Of a stretch of 64,000 nucleotides of DNA, positions 36,601 through 48,779 are shown in pieces. The notes under the pieces are model-generated. The model was not told the origin of the DNA. It saw only the letters and a list, made by a program, of their open reading frames with translations, and made no database searches. Source of the DNA: Selaginella moellendorffii (lineage: Eukaryota > Plantae > Lycopodiophyta). Position 1 is the first letter of the stretch. Each line of letters starts with the position of its first letter. The stretch spans positions 213,981 through 277,980 of the forward strand of contig NW_003314416.1 in assembly GCF_000143415.4 (NCBI RefSeq). The letters are read 5' to 3'. The translations under genes were made by a program, and so were the position numbers.

Positions 36601-39600
36601 CTTTGCGGACTTGGTATTCCCCAGTAAGTTGGCGTATGATGAGTTGCGTATCTCCAACGAAATGGACTCGCCTAAATTTGAGATCTGTGGCCAGCTTCAT
36701 GGCACTGATGGCCGCCAAGTACTCTGCTTCATTAGCTGATGTTGCTGGCAAAGTGATAGAGAGGTCGGCTACTTTGTTCTCTGCAGGATCAATCATCCAA
36801 ACTCCAATGCCGGCAACCTGGTTTTTGGGGCAGAAAGCACCGTCAAAATAAGCTGTAATCATAGGAGTGTCCTCTTCCTCAAATAAAGATGCTGGGGACA
36901 CCACATCCGGCAAGACTGTCTCTGGTGAGTCTAATAAGAACGTTGCTGTTGGATCCGGAGTCTTTGTTTGTTGTTCTCTTTGCTTCTGATGCTCTGAGCG
37001 CTCGATGTCCAATGCAAGGACTGCAGCCAGGTACTCCGCAAGCGAAGGGAGATCCTCCACCAAAGCCCAGTCCAAGTCTGGTGCTAAAGTTTCAGTGTAA
37101 TACCCTTGGATCTGTACCGGGGGCTCCACGGTAGGAAATTCAGAACTCAAAGAGCTATAACTCGCATGCAGCACGTCCGATTTGCTTGATTCTTCCTGCC
37201 AATTGTGTGACTGGCTGTCATCTTCCGTCTCCAAAAAACAGCATGACAAAATATGCTCGAAGTCGTCAGATACCGTGATTTTAGTAGGAAGATGCTGGCT
37301 GTGTAACACCTCAGGGAGTTGCTGAGGAGAATTGAGTTCAACTGTGTCCTGTGAAAGATGGACTCGGTCTGGGGTGACTGTGTCATCAAGCTCGATAAGA
37401 GAGAGTCGGTCCCATGCAAGAAACGAGTCGAGAAGCTCTTCCTCTATCGAGAAACACTCGGGAAAGCTGGATGTAGCAGCCCGTACTCTATAAGCCCCGC
37501 CATCAAATAAAGAGGGCGTGGCTAAAGGCTCGGCCTTACTCGCAAATAAAGAGAGTGAAGCAGAGAGATGACTCGGGCTACCTGACTCACCTCCAACCGC
37601 GTCAATCGCATTGCATGAGAAAGCTTCCGCCATATAGATGGTTGACGCCCCTACCAACTCAGGAAAAACCTCTGTGAGGTCGGGAGGAAAGTATGGTGTG
37701 GAGGCCATCTTAGTCCGAGCTTGCTGGGCTTGCTGAGAAAGAGCTCTGCCGTGGTTGTTGAGAAAGGTGGCACTATGGGTTCCATCGCTAATTTCCAACT
37801 TGCCTTGTGCACTATCAATGGTGCAACGGGCTGTGACTTGCCATGAGCGGCCAAGGATGATAGAGTCCTTCAAAGAGGACGTTCCAAGACGTTGGTAGTC
37901 AACCACGAGGAAATCTACCTCAGAAATAACACCCTGCACTGAGACCTTGACACCACAGCAAATTCCTGCCGAAGGAATGGTGTGGTTGGCAAAGGTTTTG
38001 AGCACGATGGGGGAACTCTCAGTGATTTGTAGCTGTGCTGAAAGGGCAGCTTCAAGAGAGATAATGTTGCTTCCAGAACCGGAGTCAACCAAAGCATCCA
38101 TCCTACAAGAGGAAGTACCGATCTGCACCAGGACGAAGAACGGACCAGGATCTCCTCCATATCTTGTCATATCGACAATGTGCACCTCTTGAGGAGTCCT
38201 CTTGAGAGTGCTCTCTGGTGTTCCTGACCGTGCAAACTTCTCCAAATTCTGGCCGAATCCCGGGACAAGGCACAACATATCTCGGAGCGAAAAGGTGACG
38301 GGAGTGTTAACCAGCTGTTGAAGAACCGGCTCCGGAACAGGAGTAGCTGCTGGTGAGATCTCAGGAGGAGAAGAGAGGAGTGACTTGAAGGGGAGTTTAC
38401 AAGCCACCCTCTGTGTCACTGGGCCTGAGGCCAACGGAGAGTCGCTCTCAACTGGCGCTGGGGGATCTATGGTAGGCTCAGTGGCTACCTTCTTCTTCGC
38501 TTGGGCTCGAGTGGCTGCGGTTTGCTGTTGTTGCCTATAAAGTTCCTCGGCTACCAAAATCGTGTTGACTAATGAGACTGGTGCCTTGCCTTTGCTTGAC
38601 GAAGGGGCTGCCTCAATTGCTTGTCGCTCCAACTGCTCTTGGTATGTCTCTGGACCCTGAGGCTGTGTGGAGTTATCAGCAAAGGGATGTTGTTGGACAC
38701 GTTGAGAAGATGGAGGCCAAAGCTCTGGGTGAAGCTTGAAGCAGCGCTGTGTGTTGTGTGTGTTCGTCTCGCAGTGAGTGCACCAACGGGACTTAAATCT
38801 GTGTTCCCGAGCTGTAGCGGCCTCTTTCCCGGACTCCACCAGCTCCTGGAGCAGTTTGTCATGGTGTGATTGCTGTTGAAGAATGATCTCCTTCAACTGC
38901 CGCATCTCATTGGCAAAGTTCTCAAGAGCCGGAGGTGTATGCTCAACAGCAACAGGCTTTAATGTGGACGGGCGAATAGTGGCACAAGGTGACTCTGACG
39001 GGATGATGGCTTGGTCAAAATCAACTCTAGCAATCCCCAAGTCGACCAGAAGCTCTCTTTCCAGCTTTGTGGCAAACGAAAATGCCTCACGGCAAGACCT
39101 GAAAGTCTTCTTAAGAAGTTTCCTCTGCAAGTTCCCATGCAGACCTGCTGTGAATGCTGTGATCCCCTGTTGCTCATCTTGGACTACTCTGCGATCCCAA
39201 CACTGCTTTCAGTAAGCTCGAAAGCGTGTGATGTAGTCAGGAACAGTCTCATGAGCACCCTGTCGGAACCAAAAAAGGTCGACAAGTAGCCGATTTGTGG
39301 GTTTTTCTTCAACGAAGCGTTCTCTGAAAGAAGCAAGTAGTGTCTGGAAGTCTGTCCGGTCCTCTGGGAGGAGAGAATCTGCCCAAGTTGCTGCTTTGCC
39401 TTCGAGAGACTGCAGGAAGTCGCGGCACATACGATCATCGTCGACGATCATGTTTGTGGTGCAGTAGTAATCAAAGCGACTAATATGCGATGTTGGAGAG
39501 ACTATTCCAACACCTGAAAAGACTGGCAGATCACTCCCCTTCTGCAGAACATGGAGCTGAGGTCGAGCTAAGGGTGGCTTCGCCATAGCTCGTAGATCTA

Positions 39601-39760
39601 AGTCACTGGAATCTGTCGAGGAGGAAGAGGACTCGGCCCGAGAAGGTGCAGTGTCGTACTTAAGCTGCCTTTGGATGTTGAAAAGTTTACTCCGTACCTT
39701 AGGGCCTTGAGGTATGGTGAAAGGGTGCCAATTCGTCGTACGTCTAGTTTGTACCGGCAT
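33665..39760 (-). pseudogene. gag-pol: Gag-Pol polyprotein with one in-frame TGA in gag (39209-39211)
   Basis: CCHC WCTHCETNTHNTQRC; PR LVDSGS; aRH YFDGA..NEAEY..GDTQL..REEN.WAD (~36480-36862); RT YMDD; INT GLDFVGP, SDRG, NGQAES; GPY motif. Confidence 0.92.
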
Positions 39761-40864
39761 CAAATACCCTGAACACTGCAAATGCCCGGTCAAGGCAACT
39801 GGGTTGACAGGAGCAAGAAGACTGTAGGCTAGTGCTCAAGTTGCTCAAAATGCCTTTGACCCGACCGCCAAAGTAGCCACTGGAGTAGCCGCTGGAGGAG
39901 CCACTAGAGTAGCCGCTGGAGTAGCCACTGGGGTAGCCGGTAGCCGGTAACCGGGGTAGTCGCTGGAGCAGCCACTGGAGTAGCCGCAGGAGTAGCTGGT
40001 AGCCGATAACCGGGGACCTGTAACCTGTAACCGGTAACCCCTACTCTTGCTCCTACTCCTACGCTTGCTCCAACACCAACTCCTATCCCTGTGCCTATTC
40101 CTATTGTCCCTGTTTCTACGCCAACTCTTGTTCCTGCTCCTCCTGTTCCTGTTCCTACGGTTACTTGTTCCTTGAAGATTGCTTCGTTCCCAAGGAACCC
40201 CCAACAAAGTTTAACCCAAAAGAGAAAAATGAGTCCTCTAGTCTCGATCCTTCTCCATTTTCATCTACCTTATATCGCAAGAATTTGGGAAGAAACTGCC
40301 TCAATATTCCCTGAAATCCACGAAGAGGTAGCCCAGAACGCCAACATTATGGAAAAACATGTGCATGTCCATGATGTAGATCGACACTAAGGCGCCGTTG
40401 GTACTTCTCGAAAGCCTAGGACCAGGAGCACCTCTAGAAATAAACGGCATCCAAAACCAAGCCTAGAGGAGCATGAATTCCTACCACAAAGATAACCCAA
40501 TCTAGCCGGAGAAGAAAATCCTTTTGCATGCCGTCAATTCTCTAGTGCATTTGGGCTTGTAGATTTGGCCTAGATCTATGAGTAGTGGTAGTTCTTGGCA
40601 CTAGATTTGGTGAGAAATTCGGCCGAGGATCCAAGCGAGAAAGTGAAAACCCCAAAATGCTCATCCGACCGAGCCAAGAAACGTTGTATCTCTTCAAATA
40701 CTGCACGGCTTGATGAGTGCCATACCTTGCTGGAAAGAGGAGCTCCAGACCTATCCAACACACTCAAGATCAAAGAAAACCACCGCAAAATGAACAAGGA
40801 ATTCCTTCCCAAACTCTGCGGCCAAAAGAAAAGAGAGAAATGACGCTTCAGAAAGTCCTGCGCG

Positions 40865-40881
40865 TCACGCCGGGTTCACCA
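40865..40881 (-). promoter_or_regulatory. PBS complementary to tRNA-Trp
   Basis: Plus strand TCACGCCGGGTTCACCA versus the plant tRNA-Trp 3' end TCACGTCGGGTTCACCA. Confidence 0.8.
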
Positions 40882-41071
40882 TTTGTTGGGGGAAGGAGGG
40901 GCGCCTCCCCCAACGCTCGCTCAAACATGAGAAATGCTTCACTGCTCTCTGCAAAAATGCCCCCCCTCGCCCTTGTGAGGCAAGGGTTTTATACAAGGAA
41001 GATGGGGAATATTCTGAGGACCAGAATATTCCCTCTCTCTCTCTCGCTCTCTCGGTGGCCACGCCCTAACA

Positions 41072-42770
41072 GTTTCACCAAGATCTACGTAAGGAGTTAT
41101 GAAATGAAAGGACCCTCTCTATTGAAATGTGTTTATGGTCCTAGGGGCATTGTGACATATCAAAGGATTTTGCATCAAGTTCTGTATTTGCATGTTTATC
41201 AAGCTACTGAATTGCTAAACCCTAAACCCTAAACATGTGGCAAATGCTGCGTGAAGAAAGATGCCCTTTCTGGGCAAATGCTGTAAGAGGCAGATGCCGA
41301 GCAGTTACACGGCGAATAATCTTGGCGCGGATCGCTGACATGGCATGGCAAAGTTCGAATCACTGATATGGCACAGCTGGATTGAGGCAAGGACATGATG
41401 TCACAAAGTTCAATGTCCGACAGCAAAGTCTAGAAGCTACTCAGTTTGAAATTTGTCAGAGGAATTATAAGATCTGGTTTGTCAGAGGATTTGATGTGAC
41501 GTTCAAGCGTGTGGGCTCATGCAATTTTGATCCCAAAATATGCACCAAAAAATGCTCGGCATCATCTGGCGTTATCTCTTGAATGGCGTGGGGCCGCATG
41601 CCATTTTCAAGGGCACATAGGAGTATATTCCTAGAATATTTTGACACGCACGGATTTTTTTGAGTTTTCTGGAGATCCAACCGTTAGATCGCAACTAGAT
41701 TTTATAGAATGGTATACAATGTCTTTCTTGATGACCCTGCAAAGAAGCATCTCAATCGGACACCACATGAGACCACACGAGCCTTACAATGTTTCAGGGG
41801 CATTTGCCATAGATCCGACCGTTATTTTGCTCCAAGATTTTACAGTTTGGTGTGCATTGATCTTTCCATCAACACTACAAAGGGACATCACAATCAGATG
41901 CGGGATCACAAGAAACTAACTAACTCTGGTTTCACCAAGATCTACGTAAGGAGTTATGAAATGAAAGGACCCTCTCTATTGAAATGTGTTTATGGTCCTA
42001 GGGGCATTGTGACATATCAAAGGATTTTGCATCAAGTTCTGTATTTGCATGTTTATCAAGCTACTGAATTGCTAAACCCTAAACCCTAAACCCTAAACAT
42101 GTGGCCAATGCTGCGTGAAGAAAGATGCCCTTTCTGGGCAAATGCTGTAAGAGGCAGATGCCGAGCAGATGTATCTCAAGCTAGCGAAGGGGACAAATGA
42201 AAGCTAGCTATAAACATGACAGGATGCAAATAGATTACTAGGCTGGTCCTGCGAAAATCAAAAACCATAATTGAAAACATTGAAAATGCAAAAAGAAAGG
42301 TTTATAATATTTTTGAATTTTAAGCAACCAAAGGAATGTAAGTAGGGCATGTGTTTGTAAGTTTAAAAATGCCTCAACCACTTAAATTCCCAAGTAAATA
42401 AAGCTGTTTCTATTTTTGGTACAGGTAAACTTTATAGCGTGTGGGCTCATGCAATTTTGAACCCAAAAATGCACCAAAAAATGCTCGACTAGCATTATTC
42501 TTTGAATGGCGTGTGGCCTTATATTGCCATAAATGGACGTACACACACAGCATAATTATTCCTTTACACGGCGAATAATCTTGGCGCGGATCGCTGACAT
42601 GGCATGGCAAAGTTCGAATCACTGACATGGCACAGCTGGATCGAGGCAAGGACATGATGTGACAAAGTTCAACGTCCGACAGCAAAGTCTAGAAGCTACT
42701 CAGTTTGAAATTTGTCAGAGGAATCATAAGATCTGGTTTGTCAGAGGATTTGATGTGACGTTCAAGCGTG
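41072..42770. repeat. Internal segmental duplications in the DNA transposon, with (CCCTAAA)n
   Basis: 31893-32121 plus 41072-41303 is repeated at 41708-42168, and 41304-41570 is repeated in permuted order at 42440-42770. Telomere-like tracts at 41215-41234 and 42072-42098. Confidence 0.85.
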
Positions 42771-44006
42771 TGTTATTTTTGAATTCTCGAACTCATTCCT
42801 GTAAGGAACCAACTCGCCGAGGTGTCGTAGGCTAAAGGAACCCCGAAAGCATGACCAAAATGACAAAGAGTTCATCGGATGGGACCAAGTTAAAGATCGA
42901 GTCCAAGACCGACTCTAGGACCGAGTTCGACATAGAGTCCGGAATCGAGTCCGAGACCGACTCGGGGACCGAGTTCGAGTCCGAGTTCGAGACCGAGTTC
43001 GAGACGGAGTCCGAGATCCAAAATCGGGTCCGAGACCGAGTCCGAAATCGAGTCCGAGGTCGGGCCCGAGATCGGGTCCGAGATCGAGTCCGCGATCGAG
43101 TCCGAGACCGAATCCGAAGTCGGATCCGAAATCGGATCCGAGATCGAGCCAGAGACTAAGTCCAAATACTAATACGGGTCAAGGGGTGAAAGCCCAAAGC
43201 GTGCGTCCCCCAGGGGGGGGGGGGCTGCAGGGGGTTCCAAAAGTATAGTAGGGATAGTGAGGTCCAGGAACCAGTTTTGAAGGGACTCTCCAGTGGAGCT
43301 CCCAAACCGACTTGAGGTTGAGACTGGGACCAAGGGGCCTTGGGTGGGAGTGAGCATGGACTTGGCTGGTGCCGGAGGGGCCATCCAAGGAAGTGCTCAA
43401 GAGCAGCTCCCACTCCCGAAAGGGAAACCGATTGCGGTGCTCCCGGCTCAGGTGGAGTGGTGCCCCACTTGAGTACCATGCGGCTCATTGGTCCTCGCCC
43501 TTCTTAGGGGCTTGGGCCTTCCTTCGGGATGGAAGTGGGGGGCGAGAGGTACCCATACCGGGCCGCTAGGCCACGGTGTTTCGCCCCGACGTCCCGAAGC
43601 AAGTGTTGCACTCAAGACTTGGGATTTAGAGGGTCCCATGATCAAGTCTTGTGGTACCAAGGGATGTTAGGAACCTGGAAGCTTGGTGTGCTTGGCTGCT
43701 TGTGCTTGCGGGGAGTGTAGCCGAACCTTAGTCCAGTCTAACCCGGGGAGGGGGATTGGGAGTGATTTGGGAATCCGTGGAAGGATGGCTAACACTCCGT
43801 TGCTCGTGCAGTGAGTAGCTGAAACCAAGTAGGAGCTGGTACCATAGGCGAGAACCTTGGCAAGGGAACCTAGCAAAAGCCAAGGCAGTGTTGGACGGAT
43901 AGACAAGGTAAGCTGGCAAATTGGAAAGGAAAAATTTGTGGCTTACAATTTGGTATCGGAGCCTTTTCCTCAGTTCTAGCGAAGGATAGAGGCGGATTGC
44001 TGGGAG

Positions 44007-47000
44007 ATGGCAAGGGCAGGACGTAAGCGAACCCAGGTGGAGACGAAAGCTCCGCCAGAGCTGGAGCCTCCGGTCGAACAAGAGGCTATGGATGAGGAAT
44101 CCTTACATGAGGAGGACTCTAGTGAGGAAACTTCCAAACAGGAGTCCGGTGGCGAGGTTCGGTCGTCCAAGGCTCGATTGGACGTTCTAGAAGGTCAATT
44201 GGCGCAGACCAATGCCCTGCTGGAGACTCTCGTACGCAAGCTAAAGCGTGATGAGAAGCGGAAGAAAAGGTGAAAGACTGCGGATGCTGGCAGCGCAGAA
44301 GGTGTGGACCCTTCGGCAGGGACTGAGGCAAAACCAGACAAGGTCGAACAGACTGAAGTGGAATCAGTCCCTCAGGCAGTTCCCAAGTACAAACCAAAGC
44401 CCCCACCGGTCTTCAAGGGAGTGAATGACTATAAGGTGGTGGAGGATTGGTTTTACGATATGGAGGACTACTTCCGAGCGTTGCGGTTACCGAGCTCGGA
44501 GAAGGTCCCATGTGCAAAACCATACTTGGCAGATAATGCCAAGTCTTGGTGGAGAACAACGGAGGCCAACGAAGGACCGGTGGTCACTTGGGACATGATG
44601 AAGGCGAGGATCCGCGCAACATATGTTCCTCCGAATGCCACTCTGCATCTGAGGGATGAACTGAGTAGGCTGAAGCAGACTGGAACCATCCAGGAATATG
44701 TGAATGGGTTCATGGCAAAGAGGATACTTGTCACGGACATGGGGGATATGGATGCGTTCCATGCTTTCATATCAAGTTTGCAAACCTGGGCTCGCGGTGA
44801 GGTGATGCGCTGGAACCCGACCAACTACAAGGAAGTGTTGGATGCGGCCATCAAGGTGCATTTCAACGATAACCTGCGAAAGGGGAACACGACGGGGTCG
44901 GGATCCACGTTTAGCAAAGGGGCCAAACCAAGGGGAGCTTATAGCAGGGGGAAATTCAAGAAGAGTTTCTCTAAGAATGAGTCCTCGGGGTTCCGGAAAG
45001 GCAAATCCGGTGGCCAGCGAGCAAGTACGTGGGGGAGTCAAGCGAAAAGAGACAAACCCACGGATAAGAAGGTCAAGTCGTATAGCAGCGTGGGAAACAA
45101 CGTATGCTACAACTGCGGTGAAGCGGGACACTTTTCGAGGGAATGTCCCTACCCGAAGAAGGCCAGAGCCAATATGGCCATCAAGTCGGGTGAAGTCCAA
45201 AATGAGGTATGTGATCCAGTCCCTAACTCAAAGTTACTCATTACACGAGCAACTTTGGTAGAGAGTCGTTCGCGACATCTACTAGCCCTCCGAGGGAAGC
45301 TCGGAGGTAGCTTTGTTAAAATCCTTATTGACACGGGTGCTTCGGATAATTTTGTGGCTGCAGACATAGTCCGGCAAGCCGGACTAACGGTGCAGCGGCT
45401 AGGCGAACCAAGGACTATAGAGTTTGGTCAAGGTAGCCAAAGCACCGATGAGGTACTTCGACAAGCGAGAGTCGAAGTAGGGACATGGAAAGTAGACATG
45501 GACTTCACCGTGTTGGACATGGCGGGATTTGACGTGATCTTCGGAATGGATTGGTTCAATCGGTTCGTGGTAGCCCTGCATGGACAAGGTAGGAACCTTG
45601 TGGTACTGGCGAATGCCCAAGGAAGAAGATCTAGGGTGGAGGCCCAGGATCTAAAGGTAGGGCAAAGCAAGGCCAAAGAATCTTGCTTAAACCTGGTGTC
45701 CACGAGAGGACAACTCACTAAAGGAACTAAGGCAGCCTTTTTGTGCTTACTCTCGGTGAAGAGTGACAAAAAGACAAGAACGGAAGAAGTACCTTTAGTG
45801 ATCCAGCGGGTGTTGGACCAATTCCAGGATACCATGCCGGAGGAGCTACCGGCGGGGTTACCCCCCGCACGACCGATAGAACATAAAATTGAGCTGGTCG
45901 AGGGTGCTAAGGCGGTGATTCGCCCCCCCTATCGTTTGAACGAAAAAGAACTCAAGGAGCTCAAGTGCCAACTAGAGGAGTTGGTGGGCAAAGGGTATGT
46001 TAGGTTGAGCAAGTCGCCGTATGGGGCGCCGGTATTATTTGTGAAAAAGAAAGATGGATCTATGCGCATGTGCATAGATTACAGGTTGCTCAACAAGTAT
46101 ACCAAGAAGAACAAGTACCCTTTGCCAAGGATTGAGGACCTGTTCGATAGGTTGGGAAAGGCAAAATACTTCTCGAGGATTGACCTAAGGTCCGGATACT
46201 ACCAGATCAGGGTAGCTGAGGAAGATGTCGAGAAGACAACCTGTCGAACGAGGTATGGGAGCTTTGAGTTTTTGGTGATGCCCTTTAGGCTGTGCAATGC
46301 GCCGGCAACGTTTTCGGCGTTGATGAACCACATCTTTGTACCCTATCTGGATCACTTCGTGGTCGTCTATATTGACGACATCCTGATCTATAGCGAGACG
46401 CTAGAGGAGCATGCCGAACACTTGGCGAAGGTGTTTGAGAAACTAAGGGAACATAAACTGTATGCTAAAGAGAGCAAATGTGACTTTGCTCAACAAGAGG
46501 TAAAGTTTCTCGGGCATGTGGTGGGCCAGGACGGGCTCAAGGTGGACCCAGAGAAGGTCCAAGCGATCCAGGAATGGGAGCGACCATCGAATGTACATGA
46601 GTTAAGGGCATTCTTGGGGCTATGCAACTACTATCGAAAGTTCATCAGACACTATTCGAGAGCAGCCCTGCCCTTAACGGACCAAACGGGAAAAGGGAAG
46701 ATGGTATGGACAGCGGAATGCGAGGCGGCATTCGTCCACCTCAAAGGGAAGTTGAGGAAGGCTCCGGTGTTGGCATTACCAGACTTTGGTAAGGACTTTG
46801 AGGTAGACACGGATGCTTCGGACTTTGCGTTGGGCGCAGTTTTGAAGCAAGACAACCATCCAGTAGCGTTCTTCTCGAAGAAGCTGGACAAGGCTCAACG
46901 GAAGTGGCCTGCCCACGAGAAGGAATTGTTTGCGGTGGTCAAGGCGCTCAAGGAGTGGCGACACTACCTTGGGAGACACTTCAAGGTTTACACGGACAAT

Positions 47001-48779
47001 GTGGCAACGAAACACTTCTTGTCACAACCCGACCTGAGAGGGAAACAAGGTCGGTGGGCCAATGCCTTGGCCGAGTTTGATTGCGAGATTCTGTACAAGC
47101 CTGGGAAGAGCAACATCGTGGCAGATGCGCTAAGTCGAAAAGCGAGCTTGAGGTTGGCGATCTCCAGCGCAACAGCAACCTTCAGGGACGATGTGCGGAC
47201 AGCATATGAGAATGATGGTCTAGCACAAGAAGTGTTGTTGAGGAATCTGGAGGCGCGGGAAGCTCACCAGAGAGGTGAGCTGCCAAAGGAAGAGAAAACG
47301 GGCTATGCGGAACGCAACGGACTCATTTATTACAAGCAAACGAGGGTGTATGTTCCAGAAGGGGGACTAAGGAAGGTAGCCTTAGAAGAGTGTCATGACG
47401 GACCTCTTGCGGGACACGGCGGAGTGCCCAAGACAATGGGCTTACTCAAGAGGAAGTACCATTGGCCAGATATGGCTAAGGACGTCCAAGACTATGTAAA
47501 GACATGTCCAACATGTCAGCAAGTCAAAGCCGTGACGAAGGCTAGTGGGGGCTTGTTGCAGAGCATCCCCATTCCAGATCGTCCGTGGAAATGTCTCACG
47601 ATGGACTTCATCACGGGACTACCCCCAAGCGAGGGGTTCGATGCGATATTCGTGGTGGTGGACCGATTTTCAAAGATGGCACATTTCATACCCACCACAA
47701 CGGACGTGGATGCGGAAGGTGTGGCGAAGCTGTTCTTCGAACAAGTGGTTCGAGTGCGGGGAAGGCCGGAAGAGATTATCTCAGATCGAGATAAGATCTT
47801 CACTAGTAGGTTCTGGAGGACACTCCTGGAACAGTATCGCACCAAGTTGAAATTCAGCACAGCCTATCACCCACAGACAGGTAATGGGTATTAAGTCAAG
47901 ATTGATGGCACTAACACTTCTTGACAGACGGACAAACGGAAAGGGTGAATAGGCAGCTGGAGGATTATTTGCGATGCTATGTCTCGGGAGACCAGACCGA
48001 CTGGGTAAGTCATTTGGGACTTGCGGAAATGTGTTATAACAACTCACCACATTCGAGCATCGGGGTGAGTCCATGGGAAGTCATCAATGGGCGAGCTATT
48101 GAAGGTCCTGTGGAACTCGGCATGGCCGAGTATCATGGAGAGTTACCCGCAGTGGAGGCATTCATGGCGGAAATACTCAACATTTGGAATCTAGTGAGGG
48201 ATTCCTTGGAACGGGCTCAACAAAGGCAAACTAAGTACGCGAACCAAAAGTGTCGGGATGTGGAGTTCCAAGCTGGGGAGAAGGTGTGGCTGAACACCAA
48301 GAACCTCAGGCTACCAAGTGGGATCAGCCGAAAGTTGACCCAAAGGTAAAAATGCATGTATTCCTATAAATGAATTGATCTTGAGTTCCTTAAGCAGGTT
48401 CGCGGGGCCTTACGAGATTGAGGCACGAATCGGTAAAGTGGCTTACCGACTCCGACTTCCTCGAGAGATGGGGAAGATGCACCCAGTGTTCCACGTGAAC
48501 TTACTCAAGCCGTACTTTGAGGATCCGCTTCGCAAGGACCAAGTAAGACCTTTACCCGAGGTTATCCAAGGGGAAGAGGAATACGAAGTCGAGGCCATCC
48601 TCAATGCGCGCAAGAGCAAGCGACAAGGACGCGAGGTGAGAGAGTTCCATGTGAAATGGAAAGGATTTCCACACTGCGAAGCAACATGGGAACCGGAGGA
48701 GAACCTAGCGAACGCGCGAGATCTAGTGGAGGAATTTCTGCAAGGCAGAACTCTATGTACTTATGCAAAGTTCAATTAA
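44007..48779 (+). CDS. gag-pol: Gag-Pol-chromodomain, spliced (exons 44007-47880, 47928-48345, 48398-48779); one in-frame TGA at 44271-44273
   Basis: [18 protein letters not shown]; PR LIDTGA; RT YIDD; RH TDASDF; [20 protein letters not shown]|DGQTER; KLTQR|FAGPY; chromodomain [30 protein letters not shown]. Confidence 0.9.
47881..47927 (+). other. Spliceosomal intron (47 nt) in integrase core
   Basis: GTAATG...CTAAC...TTGACAG; removing it gives the canonical [13 protein letters not shown]. Confidence 0.88.
48346..48397 (+). other. Spliceosomal intron (52 nt) before the GPY motif
   Basis: GTAAAA...TTAAGCAG, AT-rich; removing it gives the canonical RKLTQRFAGPY. Confidence 0.88.

Larger units (their letters stand above)
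32122..41071 (-). mobile_element. TatI-like Ty3/Gypsy with archaeal-type RNase H, full length
   Basis: 188-bp LTRs at 32122-32309 and 40884-41071; TSD GTTT, with the empty site visible at ~41925; PBS 40865-40881; domain order gag-PR-aRH-RT-RH-INT. Confidence 0.93.

Noticed and set aside
39209-39211. Programmed stop read-through in TatI gag
   Set aside because: The stop lies mid-capsid rather than at the gag/pol boundary; most likely a mutation.
44270-44293. Intron removing the TGA in the chromovirus gag N-terminus
   Set aside because: The GT..AG candidate is only ~24 nt and purine-rich; a point nonsense change (e.g. CGA>TGA) is simpler.
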